DNA of 64,000 nucleotides from Paraspadella gotoi (lineage: Eukaryota > Animalia > Chaetognatha): positions 5,073,520-5,137,519 of the forward strand of contig CM119271.1 of the NCBI GenBank assembly GCA_051294375.1, written 5' to 3'. Every line of letters starts with the position of its first letter. Position 1 is the stretch's first letter. This document shows positions 44,542 to 55,969 of the stretch, piece by piece. The position numbers and the translations under genes were made by a program. The notes beneath the pieces are model-generated. The model saw only the letters and a list, made by a program, of their open reading frames with translations. It made no database searches and was not told the DNA's origin.

Positions 44542-45524
44542 GAATTTTTGAATTTGAATCTGAATTTTTTAAAGAATTTGTTTGATTGATAGACATTGTG
44601 TAAAGACTTACGATTTTTGTTGTTTTAGTAATTTGGAGAAAAACAATTTTATTTGTTTTGGCAACGAATTGTATTTGAGGCAATAAGCAGACACGTTTCG
44701 ACTCTGTAGTTTAGAGTCTTCATCAGTGTTTGAAAAATTACCAAGTTTTTCTCTTTAACATTAAGTTTGAGAAAGATAGAGAGAGAGACAGAGAGAGAAA
44801 GAGGGAGAGTTTCCAACTCAGAATTGAGAAAAGGACAGTGGTCAGATGTAAGGACAGGGGAGGAGTGAGTTTGGTGAAATTTGAAATTGAGAGAGAATGG
44901 GAGAGAGAGAGAGAGAGATAGAAAAATCTTTACATTTGACAATGTACAACAATGATAAAGAGATGTTAAAGAGAAAAACTTTTTAATTTTTCAAACACTG
45001 AGTCGAAACATGTCTGTTATTTCCTCAAATACAATTCGTTGCCAAAACAAATCAAATTGTTTTTCTCCTAAAGAATTTGTTTAAGAAACAGGTCCATGTT
45101 GTTCACTACAAGAAAACCCAAATAATTTTAGGAAACATTGAAAAAAGTCTTTATCTTCTGAGTAGCATAAAGTGAGCTGGGATTGAGGCCATATTAATTT
45201 TTATTCTCTTGAATTACAGCAGGAAAAAGAGAATTATTTTTCACAATGGCTTTTATTCTTCTTTTTCATATACTAAGTTGGCTGAGGCGAGTGGAGGAAG
45301 GTTTAGAAATGTTCTCAAAGCTCGCAGCTGAATTTTTTTAGATTTTTTCCCATTGGTAATCTGACTTAGTAACCCGGATCACACCTGAAAAGTCAAAATG
45401 GAACTCAAATATGGAAAGGACGAGTTGGAAGTTTGAAGCACTGATTTTAAGTAATTTTCTCTCAAAGTTTTTGAAAGTTTATTTAAGGCTACGATTTTGG
45501 ATTTAGCTTTATCAACTAAATGAT

Positions 45525-45570
<46 letters not shown>

Positions 45571-48500
45571 ACAAATTTTATTTTCGCGATTAAAAATAGC
45601 AAAGTCCATCCCTCCTTCCATTTTTTCCTCCGCGCTTCTGGCATTGTCCCAAAGAGCTTCTCAACACCCCCCAACGTCTCCCTTTCCCGCCGCAGCACTA
45701 CTCTCACACGCCCCGCCGCCGCCGCCGCCGACGCAGGCGAATATCGCTGCCGCGTTTTCAACGGCGACGATCCCGACGAAGACGTCGAACTCGAAGCCGT
45801 GTTCGTCGAGGTGCGGCCCCGCCGCTCCGTCCGGCTGCTGCGGGAATGCGACGCCAATCCTCTGCGGGTTCTGGGCGGACGTGGAGGCAGCGGCGCGCAG
45901 TGGCTGCGGCTCCGCTGCGTCGTTTCGCCGCCGCTGCCGCAGCCAAAGTTCGAGTGGAGGAAGGACGGAGCGGCGTTGGGCGGATTCGTCGGAGATAAGT
46001 TGGAGCGAATCGTCGACGTGTCCTCGGTGGAGGGAGATTACGAGTGAGTTTTTGCGTGGGATTTTTATTTATGACAACTTGTATATTTTTAATGATCAGC
46101 TATTTAAATATTGATGAGGCAATCATAAACTACATATAATGCTAATTATTAAATCATCGACAAAGACGTAGGAGCAAATGTAGAAAAACATACATCCCTG
46201 TGAGAAATTCAATCAAAAGATAAACAAGACCTCAGTTACTTGAAGAGTAGCGATCCATCCAATGTGTTGCGCCTCAGTGACTTTCTTTTCACGTCTATAA
46301 TATTTATGTATAACAAACGTCTTATGGTTAGATCACTACTGTGCAAAGTTTTATTTCAAAACAACCAGACCATTTAAGTTATGCATTTACTTGTGATCAT
46401 ATGACCATAGTTTGGCGTGACCACCTGACTATACAAGCATGAATCATATGTAAAAAACCTACATTTGAGGTTTTTTTTTCCTGTCCTAACAAATGAGCAC
46501 TAACTATAGGCTAATTATTGCATTTTGAACGTAAGTTGGACAGACAGACGACAGACGTACCGACCGACGAAAAGTGACTTCTAGTTATAGAGTCGCTGCG
46601 CGAGTACTCGCGGAAGCAACTAAAAACGGTTGATTCCAGCTCCACATTTTCTCACCTCCTCTCCTCCTCTTCCTCCCCCTCCTCCTCCAATATCCACCGC
46701 TATTCACTGGGATTTCCACTCCATTCGACTTTCGACTCTCTCTCCCGAGCTCAACGGGAAAAAAAAAATATTTAAACATAAAATTATAACGAATATAGAA
46801 ATGAATGGAATTAAAAAAAAAAAGGCTACGCAACCCGATTGAAACTTCATCTCATTCAGATGTCGCGTGACCTGGGATGACGGGACGACCCTCCAGTCGC
46901 CCGTCGAGTCCGTGGAGGTCAGGGTGGGCGATCCTCTTGCCGTTCTTCGGGAACCAGGGGACGTTACCGTCAGAGAAGGTTTGATCATATCGTTTGTAAG
47001 TATAAATGCCTATTTATTTCTTTTTTTGGCCGTTATTTTCCATTCGAAATTATTATTGTCCTCAACAGTAATAATCATTATCAGGAAGGAATTCTGCGCT
47101 GTACCGATTTTGTTTCTGTTACTATTTTTAAAATGTTAAAAAAAAAAGGATTATCAGCGATAATTATCATGATTAAATGTTAAATGTTATCTACATCATC
47201 AATATCAACATCAAATCATCATCATCAATTCATCATCGTCATCATCACCACCACCACCCCCGACCACCCCCAACCCCAACCTCCTCCCAGGCGCGCCCCT
47301 CCTCCTCGACTTCTCCCTCAACAGTTTCGTCGACGTCGAGTGTCGCTGGTTCTTCAACGGACGCCGCATCGACGACGCCTTCCTCCGCTCCTTTTGGCGG
47401 CGCGAGAATGTCGAGGGCGAGGCGTCGACGCGGCTGCGGATCCAAGGGGTGGGGAAGGCGCATCAAGGGGTGAGTCGAAAGAGGGAGAGTAAGGGGGTAA
47501 GTGGGTAAGGGGAGGACGGATTTTTTTTTTTTCTGATTGGAAATTGGTACAACCAATATAAAAAAATTATCCATTCATTTAATAAATAAGCTATCTTGTC
47601 CCTGACTTTGGACAGGCTTTGGTGGTTTAAGGCCTCCATCACACTTACGAGATAATAACGTAGCAGGTTTCTGCAAGCTTTCAATGAATTTATTGACTGA
47701 TTCAATGTTTTATTAATTAATTAATCGATTGATTTAATTGATTGATTGATTTTAGTCGTGGTTTCATTGTTTTGATTGATATATATATTTCCCGATTTCT
47801 TCATATTTCATGGTAATTATCCTTTCTTTTTCGTTGTTTGAGAGATTAACAAAGTTTGATTTTATTTTGCAACGAATTTTATTTTAAAAGAGCAGACATA
47901 TATAACTCATGTGCGCTGATGAAGGCTCGTATTGTGAGCCGAAACATGTCTGCTCTTTTAAAATAAAATTCGTTGCAAAATAAAATCAAACTTTGTTAAA
48001 ATTCATATTTCATAAATATTATTCAGTCCTTCAATCTATAATTGTTATACTACTACCATTATCAGCTGATCATCCAAAGATTTATAAAAATATTTTTTTT
48101 CCCATACAGCTTTACAACTGTTGCGTCACTGGAACAAGGGGGGAAATGTGTTTGACGAAGCAAGTCACTGTAAGTGTCTGTCTGTCTGTCAATCTATCTA
48201 TCTTTCTATCCATCCTTACCCACCCCTTACCCCACCCAATCTTAAAAATTAGGTAACCGTGGACCGTCCGGCCAACTATCACGCCGCCCAAAAGATCGCC
48301 CTCCTCATCGGCAACGGTCGCTACCGGAACCTTCGCCAACTAACGACGCCGCCCCAAGACCTCGCCCGCCTCGGCGAGGAGTTGGAGGCGCTGGAGTTCC
48401 GCGTGATGAGCTTCAACGACGTGGGGCGGACGACGACGTTGAAGGCGATGAAGATGCTCGTCGACGTGATCCGCCCTGGAGGATACGTCTTCTTCTTCTT

Positions 48501-51500
48501 CACGGTCACGGATTTCAAGAGGGAAACGACGTCACTTGATGCCCACCGAAGAGGACGGGGGTGAGGGGTGGTTTTGGGGGGGGTTTTGGGGGCTGTGGTG
48601 TGTAGAGGTGGTTAGGTGGTGCGTCGATTGACTTATATGAATTTAAAGTTTTATCGAGTCGAATCAAAATGATTGGAATTTACGGATTTTTTGGCGACTC
48701 GCAGTTTTAGACTCGCGTCAATCAGGATAACCTCAGTCACGACTTAATACTTTGTGACGACTGACGAGGGTCTCCAAAGATTGAAAAGTATAAATACGTA
48801 AACAAAGAAAAATTAAAATGTATAAATTAATTTAATTAAAATTAAGAACACTTCTTTTAACGTCTTCTCATGCACAGTTAATCTAATGATGAAAACGTTT
48901 ATCCTCCCTTTTCCTACACCTGAAATTGCTCTCTCTCTCACATTCCCTGCTTCTCTCGCTCCCCTTTCCCTTCTTCTTCCTCCCTCCCTTCTCTCTTACT
49001 CTCCCTGTCTCCTTTCCCTCCAATTCCTGCCTTTCTTTCCCTTATCTCCCTCCCCCTTCCCTCCCTCTTTCCTTTCCTCCCTCTCCCTTCTGGCCCTCCC
49101 ACTTTCCCTACATTCCTCCCTCCCTCTTTCATTCCTTCAGACGACGACGAACTCGGCATCAACTTCCAAGCTTTCGTCGACGCCGTCGAGTCAAAGTCTC
49201 CCGCGCTGACGGCTGCAGTGCTCGACACCTGCAGGGTGCCTTATCCGGGGAAGTTGAAGAAGGAGAGGAACTTCGTTCGTAAGAATCACAAGGTGTGTGA
49301 CAGAGTTGTGGGCATTCGACTGGATGTTAAAGATATTCAGTAAAGAGTGCAATGTCGCTGAGACTACATTGCAACTTAGTTGATCTCAAACTTTCGGCCT
49401 CTTGCTTAGTTGGCAACGCAAGACCACGACAGTGGTAGGGGTCCAAAGTTCCAAACCCTGAGATGGCCCGCGCTCTGGGCTTCACAGTTAATCCCTCCCG
49501 TTGCTAAAATAATTTGCTTTTTTAGTAATTGTGTAATCTTTATACATAGTCGGAAGCGGGAATTAATTAAGTCTTAATGAATGTGACAGATTAGAATTAA
49601 GAACAAAAGAATAAGATTTTTGAAAATATTTTTTTTTGGGGGGGAAAACCAGAGAAATAATAATCATGATCATCAATCACCACCATCATAACCACCACCT
49701 CTTCCACCACCCCCCCAACCCCCCCCAACGCAGGGCTCCACCATAATTCTCCACCCCACATCCTTCGGTCTTGAGTCCTACGAAGACCAGAATCGCGCCA
49801 ACGGCCTCGTGGTGGAGTATCTCCTGGCGGACGGCATCCTGCGCAGCCCCGTCAGCGTTAGAGAGGTTTTCTCTCGAGTCATGGACAGGATGCGATCGGA
49901 GAACCTCGTCGCCGCCCACGGGAAGGATCAGGTGAGGGGGAAGAAAGGAATGATGATGGGTTTATTGTGTGTTAATTGTCGTAGGGTGGATTTTTTTTGG
50001 GGTCGTCGTCATCTTCGTCTTGGTACTATCAAATAAAAAATATAATTATAAAATTATAAATACTATCCATTTATAACGTGAATAAGTTATCTCGCCTCGA
50101 ATTTGGATAGGTTACGCTGTTGTAAAATTGTTGTATTTTTTCGGTTTTTCGAACCAGAGTTAAATTTTTCTTAAGAATTATTTGTATGAGCTGTGCGCTT
50201 TAAAAACTTCTGTCTTCCTCTGAGCAAATAATTCTTAAGAAAAATTTAACTCTTTTAAGAAAAACCGAAAAAATATAACAAATTTACCAAAAATTAGTCG
50301 TAAAAATGAAAAAAAAAAGACAAGTGATAACGACAAGGACAACAACAACAACCAACAACAAAACCCTTGAATCCACTTCTCCATCAGTTCCCCGAACTCA
50401 AACTCCAACTGAGCGAGGAGCGCAGCCTCCATGACCCCGTCGACGCCCGCGTCTCTCAATCGCAGCGGCGACTCTTCCAACGCCTCGACGCGGAGATGTT
50501 CTGCTGCGTAGATGGCGATCGTTATCGGCAGGTGAGGCAAAGGGTAGGGATTACTGGGAGTGAGGAAACTAATTTCTCCAGCATTAATTGATGTGCAGAG
50601 GTGGTTTCATTGAGGGGACCCCGTGATAAAAATGATATCATAAGCTTATTAAGCTTATTAAGCTTAAGCGTCTATCATTAAAGGAATTGGGGGGAAAAAC
50701 TTGACTATTACTGTATTATAAATATTCTAGCTCGAAAGGAAGAATTGCATAAAAATAAGTTTATATTTGTTGTACCAATTTCATAAAAATAAGTTTATAC
50801 TCCCGCTGGCTTCAAAATAGTATTTCCTGGGCAGGCCCTTAAGCATCACTGGGGCATCGAGATCGGGCGGCCAATCACCAACGCGTTGAGAATCCGGGTC
50901 CCGGCCAAGACGCTTCGGACTCACGTGGTCACCTTCGGACCCGAGAGGTTAAATCGAGAGGACACAGTCTTCGCCGATTTGAACAAGATCGAAGATACAA
51001 ATGATATCGATCTCGTTGTATTTAATCAGGTGAGAGAGCGGCCTCTTATCTTTAGGATAGTCTTTTGTTAGTTTTTAATAAAATTTGTTTAATAGAGCAT
51101 AAATACTGTGGAAGGTTGACAAATATTTACTGTTTAATATTCGAGAAAAGAAACTTAATATATGTCGATACCTCCCATCCCGATGGTTCCAGGAATTAAG
51201 GTTTTTGAAGAGACAATAATGATTGTTGTGTGTTAGTGACAGAACCGTTCAATATAAGCAATCCCTGATCTTCGGATCAGGCTGTAACACCGTATTACAG
51301 TCGGGTTAAGCGCCTCATTCCTCTTAACTGCTAGGTGACCACTAGGCTAGAACCCCGAACCTTTGGGTTGGGAGGCGAATGACTTGCCTCTGGCACCAAT
51401 GGCTGCTGATGAACGGTTGGTGGATTTTAGTCCACCATACATCCCCCCCTCCCGTAGGGAGAAGTGAATTGTTGTTGGTGGAAAGTTCGTCACCAAGTTG

Positions 51501-53141
51501 AGGCATGTTGCCTGAAAGTGTTGTTGTTGCTGTTGTGTTCGGAAGTCGGGCTCACCAATGAAGAGACAATGATGATTGTTATGTGTCAGTGACAGAACCA
51601 TTCAATATAAGCAGTCCCTGAGCTTCGGATCAGGCTGTAACACAGTGTTACAGGCGGGTTAAGCGCCCCGTCCCTCTTAACTGCTAGGCGACCACCAGGC
51701 TAGAATCCCGGACCTTTGAGTTGGGAGGCGAATGACTTGCCTTTGGCACCAATGGCCCCTGATGAACGGTTGGTGGATTTTAGTCCACCATATTTTTTTC
51801 GATACAGTGACCGGTTAAAATTCGCCCCACCCGACAGGGAAGACCAATGTATCTGACGTAAGCCGCATACGTTGGTTCTTTGTCATTCTTCTCTTTATAT
51901 TTTATCGGAAATTTTATAAATTTATTCAGAATACGAAATTCAAAACGAGACTGCGAATTTATGACCGGCTCAACACTTTTATCAGGTTAGGGGAAATATT
52001 TGATCAGTTGGAAGGTGAACTTTCGTGTCATTAAATAATAATTTATAAAAATTCAAAAAATATGACACACAAGCATTAAACATGAAAATCTGAAGTACAT
52101 TTTTTTTTCTTATAATTTCAAACTGAGATGCTTCATTGATAGGCCAAAATAGTTAAATTTTATTAATAGTTTTATTTCACTATCAAAAATGCCACCGACT
52201 TTGGCCAGGCTTTGGTGAGTTAAAGCCTCCATCACTCTTACAAGATTTAATAACATTTGAATCAAGACTCGCAGTCACATATCATTGTTTTCTGTAACAG
52301 ATCTTACACGTTACCCAAAGACTTTCTCTCCACCGACGAATCTTCCACGAGTTCAAACGCTTGGACGGCGAATCTGGAGGAAGATTTGCCGCATCCCACG
52401 GAACAGGAGGCGGACGACGCATCGTGGAGGTTAGTTTCAACAGAAAATTGTACCTGAAACAAAAGCATAGCTCAATAATTATTTGTTTCTTTTTAGTAGT
52501 TCGTCTTCTACCACATATTCTGCAACGCACAACGAGCTGAAACGCTTATCTTCCTCCACTTATCAGTGAGTAGAGAGAAATTAGAATTAACTAAGAAAGA
52601 TCTCTCTCTCTCTCGGCTTTAAAATATTATCCTGCAAAAATATAAAATTAAAGAGAGATTTTATATTTTTTTTACTGTAAATTTTCTAGAAATAATTTAC
52701 AATTATCATAAGTAAAATAATAAAACTGTCATAAATCTATGATTTCTCTCTTGATCCAGCTCGACAAAGATGGCTGAAGAGGATGTCGACCAATGGACTT
52801 CCTTCCCGCCGCCGCAAATTCCTCGTTGCCCTCGTCATCAGCGTCCGGCTTCCTCTTCATCCCTCGGCGCCGGCGCGCCTTGCGATTGCCGGTATACGCC
52901 GACGCAGAACCCGATTGACTGCCGGTACACGGGATCTCAACATTCCGCCGATAATCGGTACAGTCATTTGAGAGAGCCAGAAGATTTCGGCGACGAGGAG
53001 CGTCCGGTCGACGAAGATTCGTCGGGACTTTTACCGGATTTTCGAATGCTTCGGGTGCCGGAAGAAGACGAGTTGGAACCAGATGAAACTTTGCAAGAAG
53101 AAGAAGAACTCTGGAAATTGGGAAAAGTCGTTCTCGTGTAA
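42191..53141 (+). CDS. MALT1: Type-1 paracaspase (MALT1-like): death-domain-like N-terminus, three Ig domains, caspase-like domain, C-terminal extension
   Basis: Exons (+): 42191-42453, 43130-43355, 43857-43936, 45696-46043, 46860-46978, 47291-47469, 48110-48169, 48253-48560, 49141-49292, 49734-49931, 50388-50531, 50835-51029, 51930-51985, 52301-52429, ~52500-52565, 52760-53141. Motifs: AAQKIALLIGNGRY; GHG (His codon 48507-09, needs frameshift correction); LDTCR (Cys 49230-32); ESYE..ANG; QFPELKLQLSEERSLHDP; Ig signatures DAGEYRC, GDYEC, GLYNC. Confidence 0.88.
43356..43632. repeat. (GTCG)n-derived microsatellite in MALT1 intron
   Basis: Tandem gtcg/ggtc units that start right at the donor site. 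Confidence 0.9.
43955..44265. mobile_element. MITE-like inverted-repeat element in MALT1 intron
   Basis: cgatacatgggccttatttcccgaaagcgc versus gcgctttcggaaaatagcgccaaggtatatcg (imperfect TIRs), plus an internal gaagagatacaaca/tgttgtatctcttt hairpin. Confidence 0.5.
44686..44731 (-). ncRNA. Minimal type-I hammerhead ribozyme (Penelope-like element type)
   Basis: Minus strand reads aaaca CUGAUGA a GACUCU-aaacuac-AGAGUC GAAAC GU GUC ugcuu: conserved core boxes, 6-bp stem II, GUC triplet. Confidence 0.75.
46222..46626 (+). mobile_element. Helentron/HINE-like repeat, copy 2 (MALT1 intron)
   Basis: Homologous to 19668-20011, with (GACA) microsatellite and terminal gcgagtactcgc hairpin. Confidence 0.55.
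47911..47955 (+). ncRNA. Minimal type-I hammerhead ribozyme (Penelope-like element type), sense to MALT1 pre-mRNA
   Basis: gugcg CUGAUGA (47916-22) a GGCUC-guauugu-GAGCC GAAACAUGUC ugc. Palindromic ACAUGU helix III. Predicted cleavage after 47950. Confidence 0.8.
50128..50282. repeat. Palindromic MITE-like foldback in MALT1 intron
   Basis: agagttaaatttttcttaagaattatttg ... caaataattcttaagaaaaatttaactct arms, with extended outer pairing. Confidence 0.65.
50611..50842. mobile_element. Truncated third copy of the Kolobok-like MITE
   Basis: ggggaccccgtgataaaaatgatatcataagctt is the reverse complement of the right end of 29046-30255. The right boundary is uncertain. Confidence 0.65.
51206..51792 (-). 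mobile_element. Tandem pair of tRNA-derived SINE-like elements (51206-51439 and 51559-51792)
   Basis: Two ~233-bp direct copies. The minus strand has A-box-like TGGTGCCAGAGG and B-box-like GGTTCTAGCC, followed by hairpins (cctgatc-ttcg-gatcagg; ctgtaa..ttacag). Confidence 0.7.
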
Positions 53142-54114
53142 GAATTGACGCCGTGGTTGTGGTTGTCATTTTAAAGAGTTGTCAGGGTGTCCACTGTCTA
53201 TTAGAATTTACAATGTTCTTATGAAAGCCTATTTAGACAGTGTCATAAGGACTTTCATAAGGACATTGCAAATTCTGTGCTACCTTTTCATCCTGTTACG
53301 AATTTTTCTGTATTTTAATATTCATTATTTTTTTAGAATTAGCTGAAATTGTTAAGAAAGCGTCTGCAAGCAATCCGGTTGAACCAAATGTGGTCAATAA
53401 ATAGTTCTTGTTGGTTTAAAAGGGGATTTTCAATCGGTTCGCGAAGCCGATCTTTTTTACAATCACCTTCATCACTTTTGTACGAGGCAGCTGTTTAAGG
53501 GAAAGCTATTGGAACCCAAATCGACCTTGTATAAATGTGAAGTCGCCTTTCCAAACTTACCAATTGACGTCAGAAACGAGAGTCAGTCTTGTTGTGTGAA
53601 GTGAAGATGCCCTCATTGCAAAATGAGGGCATCTTTTCTCCAGTTAACATCCTAATGCCTTGAAGATAATCTTCCATGATAGTTGGATAGAAATCATCAT
53701 TCTTAAACTTTGCTAAATCCAAAACGTTTATTGGACCATCCTGCCCTTCACATTTTATTTCCCAAAGTTGCTGGTTTTGCTCCCATTTAAACTATCTTGT
53801 GCAAAGTGTTAGGATTCAGTCTGTTCATGGCTTTGTAAAGGCCGTGGACAGGGTTGTAAAAAAGAAAAAGGTAATTAAGAAAATGGAAAAGGAACAGGAA
53901 AAATCCCAAAGGTGAACAGAGATGTATAAAAGTAACTTTGGGAGCCTTACTTCTGGTCACACATTCCAATCTGATGATGTCATATCCGGTCACTTCCCTT
54001 TTCAGTCATTTCTGATTCTAATTATAGTTGTCATTGCCAACATCTTATTGACACGCACCGTGCATGCGTGCGAAAAATTAACAGAATAACATCCTGCTGC
54101 AGAATCCGATTTCT

Positions 54115-54198
54115 TTTAATTCTTTCTCGCTATCTCTATCTCTCTTTTAATTTTCTCTCACTATCTCTCTCTCTCTGATTAAAGTTCGATCTTTGAGT
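54115..54198 (-). repeat. ~80-bp motif repeated three times (54115-54198, 54607-54689, 62614-62678), each upstream of minus-strand ORF remnants
   Basis: tcgctatctctatctctctttt(a/g)attttctctc(a/g)ctatc.ctctctctct shared by all three copies; gattaaagttcgatct shared by the first two. Confidence 0.7.
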
Positions 54199-55513
54199 GT
54201 AATCGCAGGTGTTTTATTCACCTGGTTTTGTAAATATTATTCTTTGGGTAAACACGATTGACAAACAGCTCCACAATTAAATTTAACAATTATTTACAAA
54301 GATTTAAATTTTATTTTTATTTAAATTTTAACAACATATAATTGATAAGTAAGGGAAGCGTCCATTATCGCAAATATTCCCCCCCTCATCACCTTCTCCA
54401 TCAAATGATTCTCCCATTTCCGCAATTTCTTCCTCCACCAACACCGTCTTCAATTGCATCACACCTTCCCGGACGGATCTTTTCCGGTTCTCTTTTCAAT
54501 TCTTGTTTCCCTGATGTGATGTAAATGATTTTGTTTTCCCACAAGAGTAATAATAAACGGGGTCTGCAGCTTGATCTAGAACCCGGGCGGGACTGGAGCA
54601 ATTTCTTTAATTTTCCATCGCTATCTCTATCTCTCTTTTAATTTTCTCTCGCTATCCCTCTCTCTCTGATTAAAGTTCGATCTTGAGTCTTGATATTTCA
54701 CACCCTATTTCAAATACGAGAGAAAACAATACTTTCTTTGGTTGAGCTTGATTATTATCATAATTATAAGTCCTAATCGCCTGATTAATAAAATCCATGT
54801 CAACGGTCAAAACGGGTTCGAGCATATCCAAACAAGTTAACAACTCTCAAATGATTAACGTCTAATTCTTTCAAAATCAAAAATGGTAAAAAAGTCTTTC
54901 TTATAGGTTTTAATTAGTTTTTTTCCTTTCGTAAGCCACTTCCTCCTCATTTCCTGGAATCGCCGTGAGTTCTTTCAGGTCGTCAATTTCGCTATAACGC
55001 CAATGCCTTTGCATAGTGTACTGACGAACTTGCATGTCTGTCACACATCCACGATTGTTAATCTTTTCATCGTGAACCAATATCCCCCGTTCCTAAAGAG
55101 TCTCGACATGGGAAGGAAAGTCTTTACGAAAATTCGGTTCACGTGTACTAAAAGTTCTAGTACTTGAAACATTTTTATTGTTAAAAAGTTTATTTCGATC
55201 CGTTCGTGACTAACGGAAAATCCACCGTTCGCAATTGCACCATTTTTGGCCATGTTTATGGTTTAATTCTAAAAAATTATAATGAATTTCATTGATCAAA
55301 AAATATAATTCAATTTTAATCAAACTCATAATTTATGATATTAAAGAAGTTAAATAATATAGCTAATGTTTAATTTATAATTAAAAAATTATTAATAATC
55401 AATATTCCCAATAATCAATATTCCCAATACAAAAAATCAATGTATTTAATAATTAAGCTTTTTGTCTAATCAATATTTTTCCCAAATAACAAAAAGATTG
55501 CTACGAAGCAATT

Positions 55514-55969
55514 TCATTTAACTCCTTTCACATTCTTTTTACAGTTCGCAACGATTAACTCGTCTTTGGTCAGAGACAAACCGAAACAGACAGGCGAACA
55601 AAAGAACAAAGAGCTAGAATGGGTCTCATAAACGTATGGTTTTATCTGCATGGTCGCCTTCGCGATGGCCGAGGTTTGCGGATGAAAGACGCTGATGGCA
55701 TAAGCTAAATGACTCGAAATCGGGAGTTTCATGCCGGATAAACTGTCCATGTTATGAGCTAAACTTTCTTTCTTGTCAAAGTTGGATTTTAAATCCCCTT
55801 CGTCCCACATTTCAATCAACTTGCGGGCTTCTTCGTAAGATATAAACAGCTTCAATGGACCAGAAGCCTTCTCCACGCGCTCGCTAGAACCCGCCCCGAC
55901 AAAACGTTCTTTAGACACTTTAAAATATCCCTCGCCTCCTTTCAAAAAAGAATGTGTAATGTAATGCAA
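55514..55969 (-). CDS. Orphan ~150-aa ORF of normal amino-acid composition (unknown function)
   Basis: Open, non-repetitive frame in AT-rich surroundings, with a possible acceptor at ~55986. No motif recognised. Confidence 0.45.
   Translation of the reverse strand: MHYITHSFLKGGEGYFKVSKERFVGAGSSERVEKASGPLKLFISYEEARKLIEMWDEGDLKSNFDKKESLAHNMDSLSGMKLPISSHLAYAISVFHPQTSAIAKATMQIKPYVYETHSSSLFFCSPVCFGLSLTKDELIVANCKKNVKGVK

Noticed and set aside
48500-48540. Programmed ribosomal frameshifting in MALT1
   Set aside because: No slippery heptamer or stimulatory structure, and two shifts would be needed. Sequencing error is simpler.
48751-48810. Hammerhead-like CTGACGA-ggtct/agatt-GAAA motif
   Set aside because: Stem II is weak and there is no proper helix III/NUH arrangement after GAAA. 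At best a decayed copy.
51345-51410. Genuine tRNA gene (also fragments near 400 and 39300)
   Set aside because: A- and B-box-like words are present, but there is no complete cloverleaf and it is embedded in a longer repeated unit, so it is a SINE head.
52390-53100. TRAF6-binding motifs in the paracaspase tail
   Set aside because: PTEQEA, PEEDEL and PDETLQ lack the aromatic/acidic residue at position 6 of PxExx(Ar/Ac).
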